The notes under the pieces are model-generated. The model was given only the letters and a program-made list of their open reading frames with translations, was not told where the DNA came from and did no database searches. A DNA stretch of 63,839 nucleotides, counting the filler, from Octopus bimaculoides (taxonomy: Eukaryota), in the NCBI RefSeq assembly GCF_001194135.2. It is 6 parts of 5 records of this genome, joined end to end, with 100 filler letters (N's around TTAATTAATTAA, not from the genome) between each part and the next. Parts side by side here need not be neighbours in the genome. Positions count along the whole stretch, not along the records: positions 60,202 to 63,839 come from NC_069000.1; 5 more parts are not named here. One strand, written 5' to 3'. The stretch's first letter is position 1. Every line of letters begins with the position of its first letter. The translations under genes and the position numbers were made by a program. This document shows, piece by piece, positions 62,385 through 63,839 of this stretch.

Positions 62385-62570
62385 TATATGCGACGGGCTT
62401 CTTTCAGTTTCCGCGAACCAAATTGTGTACAAAGTCCACTCACAAGGCTTTGGTTGGCCCGAGGCTGCAGCAGCAGACGCTTACCCAAGGTGGTGCAATG
62501 CAGTCGGACTGAACTCGGAACCACGTAGTTGGTAAGGAAAATTCTTACCACACACCCCAGCCCTACCTGC
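62385..62570 (-). mobile_element. SINE family B, 5' half
   Basis: cgacgggcttctttcagtttcc..cacaaggctttggttggcccgaggc..ggactgaactcggaaccac. Confidence 0.8.
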
Positions 62571-63119
62571 GCCTACGCACACACACACACACACACATAC
62601 ATACATACATACATACATATATACATAGAATGAATTCGTTTATATTAGATAAAACAAATAAAAATGTTAGGAAATGCTTAATGCTTTCGTCATTAATGTT
62701 TTATGTTTCGTAATGTACAAGAAAATATTACGCTTCCTCAGCTAAGACTTATGTAACTAAGCAATAGATTACGTGATATCACATCGTTCTTCTGTACACA
62801 TTCGCAGACATTCACCGAACATCATATAATTAAGTCGCCGCCGGCTACTGTAGACATCGGCAGCTGGTTATTAAAAAGGAGAGTACAGCAGCAAATGGTG
62901 CAAGTATTAGTTTGTGCAAAACAGCAATGAAACGTTTGTACCGAAAACCTATGTTTTCTTTCTTTTTTTGTTTCTGCTTTTTACTGTCTATATTGAAATG
63001 ATCAAGATAAAAAGCTTACATCATTAATACACTACAAATAAAGACAACACGCAAACAATATTTACAAAATGTGTGTGTGTGCGTGTGTGTGTGTGTCTTT
63101 ATATATATTTATGTATACA

Positions 63120-63362
63120 GGTGCAGGCATGGCTGTGTGGTTAGAAGCTTGCTTACCCAACCACATGGTTCCGAGTTCAGTTCTACTGCGTGGGACCGTG
63201 TCTTCTACTATAGCCTTGGACTGACAAAAGCATTGTGAGTGGATTTGGTAGACGGAAACTGAAAGAAGCGGCGAGATGGCAGAAACGTTAGCACGCCGGG
63301 CGAAATGCTTAGCGGTATTTCGTCTGCCGCTACGTTCTGAGTTCAAATTCCGCCGAAGTTAA
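63120..63362 (+). mobile_element. SINE B 5' half fused to a SINE A head
   Basis: ggtgcaggcatggctgtgtgg...gacggaaactgaaagaag is followed directly by cggcgagatggcagaaacgttagc...gagttcaaattccgccga. Confidence 0.8.
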
Positions 63363-63789
63363 GTAACTAAATAACTACAACCAACGACTCAAGATTAGCG
63401 ATCAATCTGATCAAATCGTGATATCGACATAAATATCGATTTCTAATATTAGGACATTATATACATTGAACAGATCTATGACTAAAGATATTCTAAAAGT
63501 GACCATCTTGAAAGTATGCTTAGCTTTACCTTATCTAATTATTTTACATACCTCAACAGACCTATGACTAAAGACCTTTCAAATGTGACAACCTCTTCAA
63601 GCCCCAGCATGGCCGCTACCTAATGTCTGAAAGATAAAAAATATACTTCCATTTTCAACAAAAATCTAAAAGTACAGTTACTGACATTTTAAATCACTGG
63701 TGATTAGGATAATGACCGATCAAGTATCGTTTTATAAACATCAGCTCATCAGACACGTTTAAATGTTTCATTCAATACAGCGCATCATT

Positions 63790-63839
63790 AAGCGGTGAGC
63801 TGGCAGAAACGTTAGCACGCCGGGCGAAATGCTTAGCGG
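63790..63839 (+). mobile_element. SINE family A head (runs off the window end)
   Basis: taagcggtgagctggcagaaacgttagcacgccgggcgaaatgcttagcgg. Confidence 0.85.

Overview
Eukaryotic, AT-rich, gap-ridden draft-assembly scaffold; the microsatellite load and SINE families point to an octopod cephalopod, probably Octopus (inference, not a database result). Most of the window is repeat: a Helitron fragment, a full-length decayed mariner, a Penelope-like GIY-YIG fragment inside long inverted repeats, five Tx1/L1-like LINE pieces, R4/Dong-type 3' ends, a CR1 3' end, a deleted Tigger/pogo, a long-TIR MITE, and many tRNA-headed SINEs of at least three families. Host coding sequence I can support: (1) two symmetric phase-1 exons on + (1023-1271, 3414-3653), each encoding a 6-Cys PAN/Apple-like domain; (2) four consecutive exons of a thiopurine S-methyltransferase (TPMT) gene on - (50963-53777), whose first and last coding exons I could not find. 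No prokaryotic-type system, CRISPR array, rRNA or true tRNA gene is supported, and I found no convincing wholly novel system. The best leads are a SINE subfamily sharing its 3' tail with a Tx1 LINE, the variant PAN-domain gene, and the Penelope inverted-repeat and hammerhead-like structures. Repeat boundaries were read by eye and are approximate (about 20 bp); the PAN and TPMT exon boundaries were counted base by base.
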